Notes: a model not told the origin generated them from the sequence alone. DNA of 38,579 nt from Pseudomonadota bacterium (GCA_023422735.1 JAFAGL010000124.1:1-38579), one strand, 5' to 3'. Positions 19,274 through 28,840 are shown, numbered from the stretch's first letter. Made by a program: numbers and translations.

Positions 19274-20413
19274 TTATCGCGTAGGCAGAGCGACCACCGC
19301 TTTGCCTAAGGCTGTGGTCTGTCCAAGCTGGTTCCGTGCCCACACTTCGAGGTCGACGAGATAGTGGTCATCCTCCCGGCGTTTGCCGGTGATCTGACCG
19401 CCAGTGTAGGTGACGTCCCCAAAGATGACCGGCAGCTTCAGGCGGACGCTTAGCTCCTTCAACTCGGCATCGTCGCCCATCCAGTTGGTGACGGATCCTG
19501 CGATAAATCCGATGCGCTGGGGACCGTTGTCGTATGGCCCTGGCATGCCGAGTTCGCTCACCGCAACCTTCGCGTCCTGATGCCCGATCGATGGCAGGGT
19601 CGTGGCGCCGTAGTAGCTGGCATCGTAATTGTTGGGCAGGTTTTGAGGTTGATTGCGGCCCCAGTGGCCGTACTTCCAGCGCAGCTTTGTTGATTTGTAG
19701 CCTGACGTACCGACGGCGCCCGCATAGTAGGCCGTCATGTCGATCTGGGTGAGCGGACCGCGCACGGTGCCAGGCAGTTCCGATCCGACCTCGACATCAT
19801 CGCCATAGAGCGTGTCCGCGCCGCGGCGATATTCGTTGACGACCGCCCGCTCTATTTCCTTAAGCTCGGCTGCTGAATACGTCTGCGCATCGCGCTTTTC
19901 GTACTTCAAACCGCCCTCGGCTCCTTGGCGTGGCACCCGGAAAGTGTGGGACATAACCTTACCGACAGCGTCGCCGTTCTGGTCGCGGTAGATCACTTCT
20001 CCCGTCTGGACGATCATCTTGGCCACACGTTCGCCACCGACTTCGCGCGCGTCTACGTAGTTGGCGTCGACGGTGAGTTCCTCTCCGCGCTTAACCGGCC
20101 GGTAGAAGGTCCAGTCCGCACCTGAATAGAACCACTGGATATCAGGGAGCCCGGGTGCGACGACCGCATCAAACACACCGAACAGGAAGGTCGGCGGCGC
20201 GATAATGCCGCCCCAGCGTGTCCCTGCGGCATATTCCGGATCGCAATAGAGCGGATTGTCGTCACCGATCCCCCACGCATAGTGGCGGATGGTGTCCCGT
20301 GTCGCTTCGTGGTTCCAAAGCTCCACCCGGATGTCCATGCCGATCAGCGCTTTGGCCTGCTCCAAAGATGACGTAGACAGGGATGGCGCTAGGAGTGCAG
20401 CTGAACTTGACAT
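19274..20413 (-). CDS. Double hot-dog MaoC/FAS1-like acyl-CoA dehydratase/hydratase
   Basis: IRHYAWGIGDDNPLY.D..YA..TRWGGIIAPPTF and G..WTFYRPV..G in domain 1; V.VG.ELP, H.D...A...G.PGPYDNG and PV..GD in domain 2. Confidence 0.85.
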   Translation of the reverse strand: MSSSAALLAPSLSTSSLEQAKALIGMDIRVELWNHEATRDTIRHYAWGIGDDNPLYCDPEYAAGTRWGGIIAPPTFLFGVFDAVVAPGLPDIQWFYSGADWTFYRPVKRGEELTVDANYVDAREVGGERVAKMIVQTGEVIYRDQNGDAVGKVMSHTFRVPRQGAEGGLKYEKRDAQTYSAAELKEIERAVVNEYRRGADTLYGDDVEVGSELPGTVRGPLTQIDMTAYYAGAVGTSGYKSTKLRWKYGHWGRNQPQNLPNNYDASYYGATTLPSIGHQDAKVAVSELGMPGPYDNGPQRIGFIAGSVTNWMGDDAELKELSVRLKLPVIFGDVTYTGGQITGKRREDDHYLVDLEVWARNQLGQTTALGKAVVALPTR

Positions 20414-20427
20414 GGACACCTTCGCAA

Positions 20428-20452
20428 GTTTCTATATCGGAAACATAGTTTC
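20428..20452 (-). promoter_or_regulatory. IclR-type operator site 2 (divergent MaoC / IclR-2 region)
   Basis: Minus strand GAAAC-TAT-GTTTC-CGATATA-GAAAC. Confidence 0.8.
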
Positions 20453-20560
20453 AAAATAAACTCAGAGGTGACCTTTGTCAACGATCACCCTTACGCTTGA
20501 CGAACTGGTGTCGTTTGGTTGGAAAATTAGCGGACAATTATTTGCGCGAGGGCCGAAGCC

Positions 20561-21355
20561 ATGAAGTCGCTGAGCACAGCTTTGCGGGTACTGAACCAGT
20601 TCACGGAAGATACACCACGGCTCAGTGTCAGTGAACTCACGCAAAGAAGCGGTCTGACGAAAGGTCAGGTTTCGAAGATACTGGCAACGTTTCGAGAGGC
20701 CGGACTTCTCCAACAGGACCCGCAGTCTCGGCTCTACTCTGTTGGCGTTACGGCGTTTGCACTCGGCTCGCGGTTCGTGAACTATCACCCGCTTGCCAAG
20801 GAAGGCCTGCCGATCCTGAGGCAGCTAATGGAGGAGACAGGCCACAGTGCGCGTTTGACCCTCATGACAGGCGACTCGATCGTCTATCTTGCCCAGGTCG
20901 ACGGGCGGTTTCTTTCGGACTCAGGTTGGCGGGTGGGCATGTTCCTGCCCCTCCACGCCACAAGCGCTGGAAAGGTTACACTCGCTTTTCTCGAAAGCTC
21001 GCGAACGGATCAGCTGCTCTCCACACTCGATATGCATCGGCTGACAGCCGACACTATCGTCGACAAGAAGGCGCTCCGCGCTCAACTCAATGAAATCATT
21101 CGCAAAGGATACGGGACGGCCCGAGGGGAGTCGACACTCGGACTTGCCGCTGTCGGCGTTCCGGTTTTCGGTACCGACAACAAACTGCTCTCCGTTCTCA
21201 GCCTTTCTTATCCTCAGCACGTAGTGGCCGAAAGCGCCGAAGAAAATCTGGCCGCCACGCTTCACGATGCGGCGCGCATGTTGTCGCATCGCATGGGTGC
21301 ACGGGTCTATCCTTTCGGGGGCGCTAAGCAGCCTGTCCGAGCCGGGACGCGCTAG
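20561..21355 (+). CDS. IclR-family transcriptional regulator (copy 2)
   Basis: HTH LSVSELTQRSGLTKGQVSKILATF, LPLHATSAGK.LAF, GY...GE...GLAAVGVPVF. Confidence 0.93.
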   Translation: MKSLSTALRVLNQFTEDTPRLSVSELTQRSGLTKGQVSKILATFREAGLLQQDPQSRLYSVGVTAFALGSRFVNYHPLAKEGLPILRQLMEETGHSARLTLMTGDSIVYLAQVDGRFLSDSGWRVGMFLPLHATSAGKVTLAFLESSRTDQLLSTLDMHRLTADTIVDKKALRAQLNEIIRKGYGTARGESTLGLAAVGVPVFGTDNKLLSVLSLSYPQHVVAESAEENLAATLHDAARMLSHRMGARVYPFGGAKQPVRAGTR

Positions 21356-21450
21356 GCGCTGTGTCTCAATGCAAATCTTCCTGCCTGTCGTGGCGAAGCC
21401 GCATCTGGGCCAGCTTGACAACATACAACCCCTGCCGCAAAGTTATATTA

Positions 21451-21475
21451 GAAACAGAGTTTCTTTGGAGGAAAC
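21451..21475 (+). promoter_or_regulatory. IclR-type operator site 3, overlapping the RBS of the hydrolase gene
   Basis: GAAAC-AGA-GTTTC-TTTGGAG-GAAAC, directly after TATATT. Confidence 0.8.
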
Positions 21476-21476
21476 A

Positions 21477-22301
21477 TTGCGACTACGGCGGGGGTTTGTC
21501 GAGACGGAGTGTGGTCAGGTCCATTACCGAACGGCTGGGACAGGTCCAGCCATCGTTCTGTTCCACATCAACCAGCAGTCGTCTCTGCTCTATCTAGAGC
21601 TAGCGTGGGAGCTGGCGCCAAACTTTACAGTGTTTGCAATGGACTATCCGAGCTACGGTGCGTCTGATCATGTCAGCGAGACACCTGGAATTGCCGGCTA
21701 CGCGCGCTGCGCAGCAGATTTGCTCGATCAACAGGGTCAGAGCGCAGCCTACGTGCTCGGCGAAGCGGTAGGGTCAGCGATAGCGACGCAGTTCGCGGTC
21801 GACTATCCCGAGCGAACGCTGGGCTTGATCATGCTCAATTGCCCGTTGATGCCGAGCAAGGAATATGCGGCAGCGCACATCGCGGGCATCCGTGCGACCC
21901 AGAGACCATCCGACAGTTCCGGATTTCCTTTGCTGCGAACGGTAGAAGAGGTGCTCGACAACAATCCCGAGCATGCGCCGCTCCAGCCGAACCAGTCCTG
22001 GATGGATCGGATCAACATCTCACTCGCTCTGTGCGGGCGCGACAGATGGCAGGCCTCCGACGCGTTGACCAAATTCGACCTACGCGGCGCGCTCGGCCAC
22101 GTCTCGTCTCCTGCGCTTCTCTTGACGGCAGAACACAGCCCCTTTGCTGCCTATCGCGAAGACGTTGAACGGACCTTTCCTGGCATCACATCGGAGATCA
22201 TCCCCAATTGCCGTTTTGGGATGGGCTGGGAACGCGCTGCAGAGATTGGTGCCCGCACGGCGCACTTCGCTAATGAAATTGCCACGGGCAGCCAACGATG
22301 A
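21477..22301 (+). CDS. Alpha/beta-hydrolase-fold protein with non-canonical active site
   Basis: GQVHYR.AG.GP.IVLFH, DYPSYGASD, nucleophile elbow GEAVG. TTG start after GGAGGA. Confidence 0.8.
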   Translation: MRLRRGFVETECGQVHYRTAGTGPAIVLFHINQQSSLLYLELAWELAPNFTVFAMDYPSYGASDHVSETPGIAGYARCAADLLDQQGQSAAYVLGEAVGSAIATQFAVDYPERTLGLIMLNCPLMPSKEYAAAHIAGIRATQRPSDSSGFPLLRTVEEVLDNNPEHAPLQPNQSWMDRINISLALCGRDRWQASDALTKFDLRGALGHVSSPALLLTAEHSPFAAYREDVERTFPGITSEIIPNCRFGMGWERAAEIGARTAHFANEIATGSQR

Positions 22302-23161
22302 AGTCAGCCCGGATCGAGGAAACGCCGCCCGACCGCGGCAACGGAATCCGTCACCTCAAGGTTGGCGACCTTGATCTCTGGACGATCAGTGATGGCGTGC
22401 TCCCGGGCCATCTGATCTCAGTCGAGGGTGTATCTGAGCAGGATACCGGTGCGGCGCTTGCCGAAAGTGGCGGACCACATCCGATCAACGTCAATATGTT
22501 CCTGTTGCGCTCGAATGGACGTTATGCCGTGTTCGACGGAGGTGGATCGGATCTCTATGCACCGCTCGGCGAATTCTGGGGGCGACTCGAGACCCTTGGC
22601 GTCAGCCCAGAGCAGGTTGATGCAGTTATATTGACACACATGCATCCCGACCACGTCGGAGCGTTGATCGGCAAGGACGGTAATGCTCGCTTTGCCAATG
22701 CCGAACTGGTCGTCCATGAGGACGATTATTCCTTCTGGACCGACCAAGGCAACGCCAACCGCTCGGTCGAGCGCGTGCGGCCATGGTTCGAAATAGCAAC
22801 CCGTGCAGCAAAGCCATACAAGAACCGCCTTAGAACCTTCTGTGGCGGCGAAGTTTTCCGAGGTGTCACTGCACTGTCACTTCCGGGTCATTCTCCTGGC
22901 CACACTGGGTACATGGTCGGCTCAAGCAGTGATCGTGTCCTGATTTGGGGGGATATCATGCACCGTCAGGATCTGCAGGCGCGTTTCCCAGAAGGCATCA
23001 TCGGGTTTGACGGATCTCCCGAGCAGGCCGTCGAGACCCGGAAGCGTCTGCTCGATCGTCTTGCAACGGACGGCGAGCGTGTGCTTGGGATGCATCTTCA
23101 TTTCCCTGGCCTGCACCACGTCGTGCGACATGCCGGGGCGTACCGTGTGATACCCACTTAG
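22298..23161 (+). CDS. Metallo-beta-lactamase-fold hydrolase (methyl-parathion-hydrolase / lactonase-like)
   Basis: THMHPDHVG, F.NAEL, PGHSPGH, WGDIMH and GMHLHFPG motifs. Confidence 0.9.
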   Translation: MKSARIEETPPDRGNGIRHLKVGDLDLWTISDGVLPGHLISVEGVSEQDTGAALAESGGPHPINVNMFLLRSNGRYAVFDGGGSDLYAPLGEFWGRLETLGVSPEQVDAVILTHMHPDHVGALIGKDGNARFANAELVVHEDDYSFWTDQGNANRSVERVRPWFEIATRAAKPYKNRLRTFCGGEVFRGVTALSLPGHSPGHTGYMVGSSSDRVLIWGDIMHRQDLQARFPEGIIGFDGSPEQAVETRKRLLDRLATDGERVLGMHLHFPGLHHVVRHAGAYRVIPT

Positions 23162-23283
23162 GGTCCGCAGTTCTTGCGATACCTAACGCTAGGACATGTC
23201 GCAAGATCCAATGCACCTCCGAGAACCATGGACATCGGTCAAGAACAGGAATTGACATTGAAGTTCTCGCACGTCAAGAATAA

Positions 23284-23308
23284 GAAACCATGTTTCTGTA
23301 TGTGAAAC
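23284..23308 (+). promoter_or_regulatory. IclR-type operator site 4 upstream of the CoA ligase / liv cluster
   Basis: GAAAC-CAT-GTTTC-TGTATGT-GAAAC; TTGACA at 23252. Confidence 0.8.
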
Positions 23309-23314
23309 CTTGAG

Positions 23315-24856
23315 ATGAATTTTGCAGCAACCTTTGAGACGCATGCTCGCAGCGCTCCGGATGCAACCGCGTTGGTGGACGCCCGTTCGCGCTGGACTTT
23401 TCGCCGGCTCAATGAATATGCCAACCGCTTTGCCAATTTGCTTACCGAACGCGGCATCGAGTCGGGCGAACGCGTCGCTTTCAATCTTCCTAATCGCGTC
23501 GAGCTGGCAATCGCGCTTTTGGGATGCCTGAAAGCTGGCGTGGTGGCCGTTCCGCTAAACTTTCGTCTCACCGACGATGAAATTCTGCGCCTGTTGAACC
23601 ATGCGTCGCCAAAGCTCTCGCTGCTCATCGCGCCCAGCCAGCGCATCCTTGACCTGTATGCGGTGCTCACCGTCGACGCCTCTGCTCAGTCTGGATCGCT
23701 TTGGGTCGCCCTTGGGAAAGCCAACCCAGATTTCACAAGTGTCGGCCGCCAGGACGCCGACATTGCGAACCTTCTCTACACCTCCGGGACCACCGGTCTT
23801 CCAAAGGCGGCAATCCACACCCATCGAATGCGCAACACGATCGCTGGAACGATGGCCCACTTGTTCTCGCTGACACGTCAAGATGTGGGACTCGCGGTCT
23901 CGCCAATGTTTCACACGGGCGGACTCAGTGTTTTTTGCAATGCCATGTATGTCGGCGCCACCGTAGTCCTGATGGAAAAATGGAACGTGGAGGATTTCGC
24001 TCGTCTTCTTCGCGAGGAAAAGGTCACCTTCATGCATCTTGTGTCGACCGTCGTGGTAGATATTGTCCGGGCGCCCGCTTCACTGTTTGCCGGCCATCAG
24101 AGCGTTATGAGATTTACCTGGGGCGGTGGACACGCCACAGATCGCGAACTGTTCATGAAATTCGAGCAGCGTGTCGGTGGCTTGTTTCTCCAAGGCTACA
24201 GCCGGACTGAAGGTGGGATCACGTACAACTTGCTCGATCCCGATCGCCGGACCTTCGCGATGAATGGCTATCCTAGCCGGAACAGTTCCGAACTCGACAT
24301 CTATGATCATGCGATGGGCGGCATCGCGCCGCAGGGCCAAATAGGTGAGATCGTTGTCCGCGGCGACGGCGTCTCGCCGGGCTATTGGGACGCGAGCGGT
24401 ATCCGCCTGCCCACGCTCTACCAAGACGACTGGAACGGCACCGGCGATATGGGATTCATCGACGAATCAGGCGCGCTGCACTTCCTTGGTCGCGAGGACC
24501 ACATGATCAAGACAGGCGGCGAGAATGTCTATCCAAGCGAGGTAGGCAAAGTGTTGATGCAGATCCCGGGCGTGTCTGACGCAGTCGTTTTCGATGTGCC
24601 TGACGACAGGCTGGGCCAGCGGATTGCCGCGATGGTCGTGCCATCTGACGGCTCGTTGACGACTGAAATCGTCGAGAGGTTCTGCCGGGAGAAATTGCCC
24701 GGTTTCAAAATTCCGCGGTCGATCGCATTGGTCGAAGCGCTGCCGAGGCTAGGCTCAGATAAAGTGGACCTGAATGCGTGCCGGACTTTCATTGCCGGCA
24801 ACCAGTTGCCTGAACATCTCGGCTTGAAGGCACCGATGCGTGCTGGAGGGTCGTGA
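23315..24856 (+). CDS. Acyl-CoA synthetase / AMP-binding enzyme
   Basis: YTSGTTGLPK, PMFH, GY.RTE, GEIVVRG, TGD, IKTGGENVYP.EV and C-terminal Lys. Confidence 0.92.
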   Translation: MNFAATFETHARSAPDATALVDARSRWTFRRLNEYANRFANLLTERGIESGERVAFNLPNRVELAIALLGCLKAGVVAVPLNFRLTDDEILRLLNHASPKLSLLIAPSQRILDLYAVLTVDASAQSGSLWVALGKANPDFTSVGRQDADIANLLYTSGTTGLPKAAIHTHRMRNTIAGTMAHLFSLTRQDVGLAVSPMFHTGGLSVFCNAMYVGATVVLMEKWNVEDFARLLREEKVTFMHLVSTVVVDIVRAPASLFAGHQSVMRFTWGGGHATDRELFMKFEQRVGGLFLQGYSRTEGGITYNLLDPDRRTFAMNGYPSRNSSELDIYDHAMGGIAPQGQIGEIVVRGDGVSPGYWDASGIRLPTLYQDDWNGTGDMGFIDESGALHFLGREDHMIKTGGENVYPSEVGKVLMQIPGVSDAVVFDVPDDRLGQRIAAMVVPSDGSLTTEIVERFCREKLPGFKIPRSIALVEALPRLGSDKVDLNACRTFIAGNQLPEHLGLKAPMRAGGS

Positions 24857-25024
24857 CATTTCAATCCTGACGAGTCTAACCGTCAACAACGACATTGAGA
24901 CCCGATTTTACTGGAGGGACTAGCGGAGAGTTAAGAAGGACGCTTGGAACGCCGCTGATGGAGAGAGGGAGAAACCTCTGGATGCGCGACGATTGTGCTG
25001 CCAAATCAATGTGGAGGAGAACCA

Positions 25025-26260
25025 ATGCTTGCTAACACAGAGACGTTCGCTCGTCCGTTTCGCAACGGCGTAGCGATTGCTGCCCTCGCCCTCGCCACGA
25101 CGCTGTCATGCGTCGGCCTATCATATGCTTTTCAGTCGGAAGGGACTGTACGCATTGGCTCGCTTGAAGCCCAGACCGGCGTTCCGGCGCCTTATGGCAT
25201 CCAGGCTTTGGTGGGTTCGCAGATTGCGGTCGACGAGATCAATGCTGGCGGCGGCGTAACGATCGACGGCCAGCAGATAAAGCTTGCCCTGACCCCCGGT
25301 CCGAACGGCTATGATCCGGGCGGTGACTCGGCCACCACGATTGCGCTGATTAACAAGCTTGTCGCCGATGACCAGGTCCTGGCTATCAAAGGAACCTCGC
25401 GTTCTGACAACACGGAAGCTGCTTTCAATTACCTCAACGAACTCGAGCGCCAAGGCAACGCAGTCGTCCTCATTTCGCCGTCATCGGCAGGGCCGGGGCT
25501 AGGCAAGATTTCAACCTGGGGATTTCGCAACGCCTTCTTTGAGGCAAAGGCGATTGCCCGTGCCGCCGAGGTTCTGAAGGGCCTCGGCTACAACACCAGC
25601 GGAATCTATATCGCCAAGGACAACGCCTACAATGCCGCGATCGCCAAAGGTCTGATGGTTCCAGCAATGGAAAAGGCCGGCTACCAAATGGTCGTCCAGA
25701 CTGATGGCCTGGAGAAGGACACCGACTTCTCCGCGCAGGTCGAAGCGCTTCGCAAGGCAGCCCCTGATATCGTTGCAGTTTCGACGCCAGTCCTGGCAGG
25801 CGTCAATCTGATGAAGGAATCATCCCGCCGCGGCTTCAAGCCCAAAGCCTGGCTTGGCAACATCGGGAACATTGCGCCCGAAGTTCCAAAGCTTGGCGGC
25901 AGAGCTGTCGAAGGCATGGTCGTTGGCAGCTCATATTCCCCAGATACTGCCGAGGTTCAGAAGCTGGCAGAGGAATATCACAAGCGCACCGGCAATGACC
26001 TGAATATGTTCGGTGTCAACGGCTACGAGGCAATCTATCTCTTCAAAGCCGGCATTGAGGCATCAGGCATCAAAAACACGCCTGAGACCCTTAAAGAAGA
26101 TCGCATAAAGTTCCGCGACGCTCTCGCCAAGGTCAAGATTAAGAGCATTTCCGGCGAGGAGGTTGTGTTCGATGAATTCGGCGACGCCATCAAGCAGGGC
26201 TTCCTGCTGACGATCAAGGGCGGGAAATACACGGTCTGGGACGAGAAGGCGTTTCAGTAG
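25025..26260 (+). CDS. LivK/LivJ-type ABC substrate-binding protein
   Basis: Signal peptide, VRIG....TG..A.YG......IAVDEINA.GG, DFSAQV..L....PD, GYEA; GGAGGAG RBS. Confidence 0.88.
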   Translation: MLANTETFARPFRNGVAIAALALATTLSCVGLSYAFQSEGTVRIGSLEAQTGVPAPYGIQALVGSQIAVDEINAGGGVTIDGQQIKLALTPGPNGYDPGGDSATTIALINKLVADDQVLAIKGTSRSDNTEAAFNYLNELERQGNAVVLISPSSAGPGLGKISTWGFRNAFFEAKAIARAAEVLKGLGYNTSGIYIAKDNAYNAAIAKGLMVPAMEKAGYQMVVQTDGLEKDTDFSAQVEALRKAAPDIVAVSTPVLAGVNLMKESSRRGFKPKAWLGNIGNIAPEVPKLGGRAVEGMVVGSSYSPDTAEVQKLAEEYHKRTGNDLNMFGVNGYEAIYLFKAGIEASGIKNTPETLKEDRIKFRDALAKVKIKSISGEEVVFDEFGDAIKQGFLLTIKGGKYTVWDEKAFQ

Positions 26261-26296
26261 CACGATCATCGATCAATCAGAGAGTCTGGGTGCGCT

Positions 26297-27202
26297 ATGC
26301 AGTTCGCCGAATATATCTTGAACGGTGTCCTCCTTGGAGGCACTTACTCGCTGGTGGCCATCGGCTTTACCATCATTTTCGGCGTGCTGCACCGCCTCAA
26401 CATCGCCCATGGCGCAACCATAATGGTCTCTGCGTTTGCCGGTGCCACGGTGTCGCTTCTGCTTGGAAGCGAGAGCTACTGGGTCCTGCTTATGTCCTTT
26501 TCCGTGGCGGTGCTCACTGGCGCACTGATCGGTTTCCTCATCGAGCGCCTGATTTTTCGCCCGTTGCGCAATGCGTCTTATTTGGCGCCGTTCGTCGCTA
26601 CGGTTGGCATCACTTTGATGCTGGAGGAACTGATGTTGCACGCATCGCGCTCGGTCCCGATCTTCTATCCTGAATACACACCCTATCCGTCGCCACTCGA
26701 GAGCCTCGCCTTCTATGTGGGCGACATCTACATCCGAGGCGTCTACGTCGTTATCTTCGCAATCTCCCTCATCCTGATGGCGGCGCTTCATTTCTGGATC
26801 ACGCGCACGGATACCGGTCGAGCCATCCGTGTCGTTGAGGAGAACCCGACTGCTGCCCGCATTCTCGGGATCGACGTCGAGAAAACGGAGTCCATTGCTT
26901 TCGTGGTAGCAAGTGCGCTTGCCGGCGCGGCGGGTTCGCTGATCGGCGTGGCTCAAGGAACGATCAATCCGTTCCTCGGCGCACCACTCCTGCTTACAAG
27001 CTTCATCGTCATAGTCATCGGCGGGCTTGGCAACATCTACGGTGCCATGCTTGGTGGCATAATCGTTGGGGTGATCGAACTTACGACCGCAAATCTACTC
27101 TCCGCGACGTACAAGCAGGCAATCCTGTTCGGCGTCATGTTCTTGATCCTGATCGCACGGCCGCAAGGGCTGTTCGGATCTTCCATCCAGCGTCCGGATT
27201 GA
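26297..27202 (+). CDS. livH: Branched-chain amino acid-type ABC permease (LivH-like)
   Basis: NGVLLGGTYSLVAIGFTIIFG...LNIAHG, GRAIR, GGLGNI.GA.LGG, RPQGLFG. Confidence 0.9.
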   Translation: MQFAEYILNGVLLGGTYSLVAIGFTIIFGVLHRLNIAHGATIMVSAFAGATVSLLLGSESYWVLLMSFSVAVLTGALIGFLIERLIFRPLRNASYLAPFVATVGITLMLEELMLHASRSVPIFYPEYTPYPSPLESLAFYVGDIYIRGVYVVIFAISLILMAALHFWITRTDTGRAIRVVEENPTAARILGIDVEKTESIAFVVASALAGAAGSLIGVAQGTINPFLGAPLLLTSFIVIVIGGLGNIYGAMLGGIIVGVIELTTANLLSATYKQAILFGVMFLILIARPQGLFGSSIQRPD

Positions 27203-27206
27203 TCAA

Positions 27207-28085
27207 ATGAGCTATACTCTCACAGTCCTCACCGTTACCGGCCTCAACTCCATCCTCGCTCTCAGCGTCTACCTGACGCTGGCCACCGGACAATTCAGCC
27301 TTGCCCAGGTCGGGTTCTGGGCGATAGGCGCCTACGGTGCCGCCATGTTGACGAGCATGTATGGATGGCCGCTGCTTCCTGCCCTTCTTATGCCTGCGGT
27401 CTTTTGCTTCCTCGTCGGCGCGATCCTCAGCTATCCCTGTCTGCGGGTACGTGGAATCTATCTAGCCCTCGCGACACTCGGCTTTTCCGAATGTGTCCGC
27501 ATCTTCTTCCTGAACTTCAGCTACCAACTGGACGTCGGCGGAACGATGATCGGCCCGGAAGGCGTGCTGGGCTTCCGCTACATCCGGGTTCTGACCCAGC
27601 CGTGGCACGTCTTCCTGACGCTCGGCATCGTGATGGTCCTAATGTTTGCGATCGAGCGGAGCCGCTACGGGCTTGCTTTGTCAGCGATCGAGGAGGACGA
27701 AACAGCAGCGGCGGCATCCGGCATAAACCCGGTGGCCGCCAAGATCATCGCTTTCGCGCTCGCGGCGGCGATTGCCGCAGTTGGCGGGGGACTCTACGCC
27801 AACTACATTTCGTTTATCACCTCCAACGATTTTAGCTTCCACCTGACGATGCTGGCCGTGCTCTATGTCGGCGCGGGTGGGATAGGCACTCTTTTCGGGC
27901 CCGTTTTCGGAGCCATACTTCTGACGTTGCTGCCAGAATTTATACGACCGCTTCAGGAGTATCGTATGATCTTTTTCGGTTTCCTTGTGACGCTGATCGT
28001 CCTGGTGCGGCCACGTGGTCTGATCGACGAGCGCGCCATCCGCGCCGTCGGCCGCCTTTTCCGTCGCAGAACGGTGCGCGCATGA
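27207..28085 (+). CDS. livM: Branched-chain amino acid-type ABC permease (LivM-like)
   Basis: GQFSLAQ.GF..IGAY, LRVRGIYLALATLGF, EDETAA...GIN, RPRGL. Confidence 0.9.
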   Translation: MSYTLTVLTVTGLNSILALSVYLTLATGQFSLAQVGFWAIGAYGAAMLTSMYGWPLLPALLMPAVFCFLVGAILSYPCLRVRGIYLALATLGFSECVRIFFLNFSYQLDVGGTMIGPEGVLGFRYIRVLTQPWHVFLTLGIVMVLMFAIERSRYGLALSAIEEDETAAAASGINPVAAKIIAFALAAAIAAVGGGLYANYISFITSNDFSFHLTMLAVLYVGAGGIGTLFGPVFGAILLTLLPEFIRPLQEYRMIFFGFLVTLIVLVRPRGLIDERAIRAVGRLFRRRTVRA

Positions 28086-28840
28086 GCGAGACGGTACTCT
28101 CTGTTAATGGCGTAGCGAAGCACTTCGGTGGCGTCATTGCGCTGAAGAACGTGAACTTGGCGCTTGGCAAGCACGAAATCCTTGGCCTGATTGGGCCGAA
28201 CGGCTCGGGTAAAACGACGCTGGTCAACATGATTTCTGGCTTCCTCAAGCCCACAAAGGGCGATTTCGTCGCCAACGGCAAACCCATTGCCGGATTGCCG
28301 CCGCACCGCGTGGCGCATTCCGGTGTGACGCGTACGTTCCAAAATCTCCGTGTCTTTCGCCGCCGCACGGTGCTTGAAAACGTCATGGTCGGCCAGATCA
28401 CCCGAGTCTCTGGATTGGAACTCTTCCTGCCGTTCGCGACGGCCCGCCGCGATATGCGCTACGAGCAGGCGATGGGCTTACTCGACCGCTTCGGTCTTGC
28501 AGATAAGGCCGACAACATTGCCGGCGCTCTTTCGTTTGGTGATCAGAAGCGGCTGGAACTTGCGCGGGCAATGGCCTGTAAACCCGACATCCTGCTGCTC
28601 GATGAACCTGCCGGCGGCATGAATCCGAGCGAGATTGAGGAGTTGAAGGCAACGCTGCGTGAGATGCGCGACGAGGGACTGTCGATCCTGTTGATCGAGC
28701 ACAACATGCGGTTGGTTATGTCTGTATGCGATCGCATCGCAGTGCTTTGCTTTGGCGAGATCATTATGGACGGAAAGCCGGAAGATGTACGTGTCCATCC
28801 TGAGGTGATCCGCTCTTATCTCGGACACGGAGGCGCCTGA
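28082..28840 (+). CDS. livG: ABC ATPase (LivG-like)
   Basis: FGG..AL, GPNGSGKT, RTFQ, LSFGDQKRLELARA, LLDEP. Confidence 0.92.
   Translation: MSETVLSVNGVAKHFGGVIALKNVNLALGKHEILGLIGPNGSGKTTLVNMISGFLKPTKGDFVANGKPIAGLPPHRVAHSGVTRTFQNLRVFRRRTVLENVMVGQITRVSGLELFLPFATARRDMRYEQAMGLLDRFGLADKADNIAGALSFGDQKRLELARAMACKPDILLLDEPAGGMNPSEIEELKATLREMRDEGLSILLIEHNMRLVMSVCDRIAVLCFGEIIMDGKPEDVRVHPEVIRSYLGHGGA

Noticed and set aside
21267..21476. N-terminal extension of the atypical hydrolase
   Set aside because: It overlaps IclR-2 and runs through the promoter and operator. TTG 21477 has a GGAGGA RBS.
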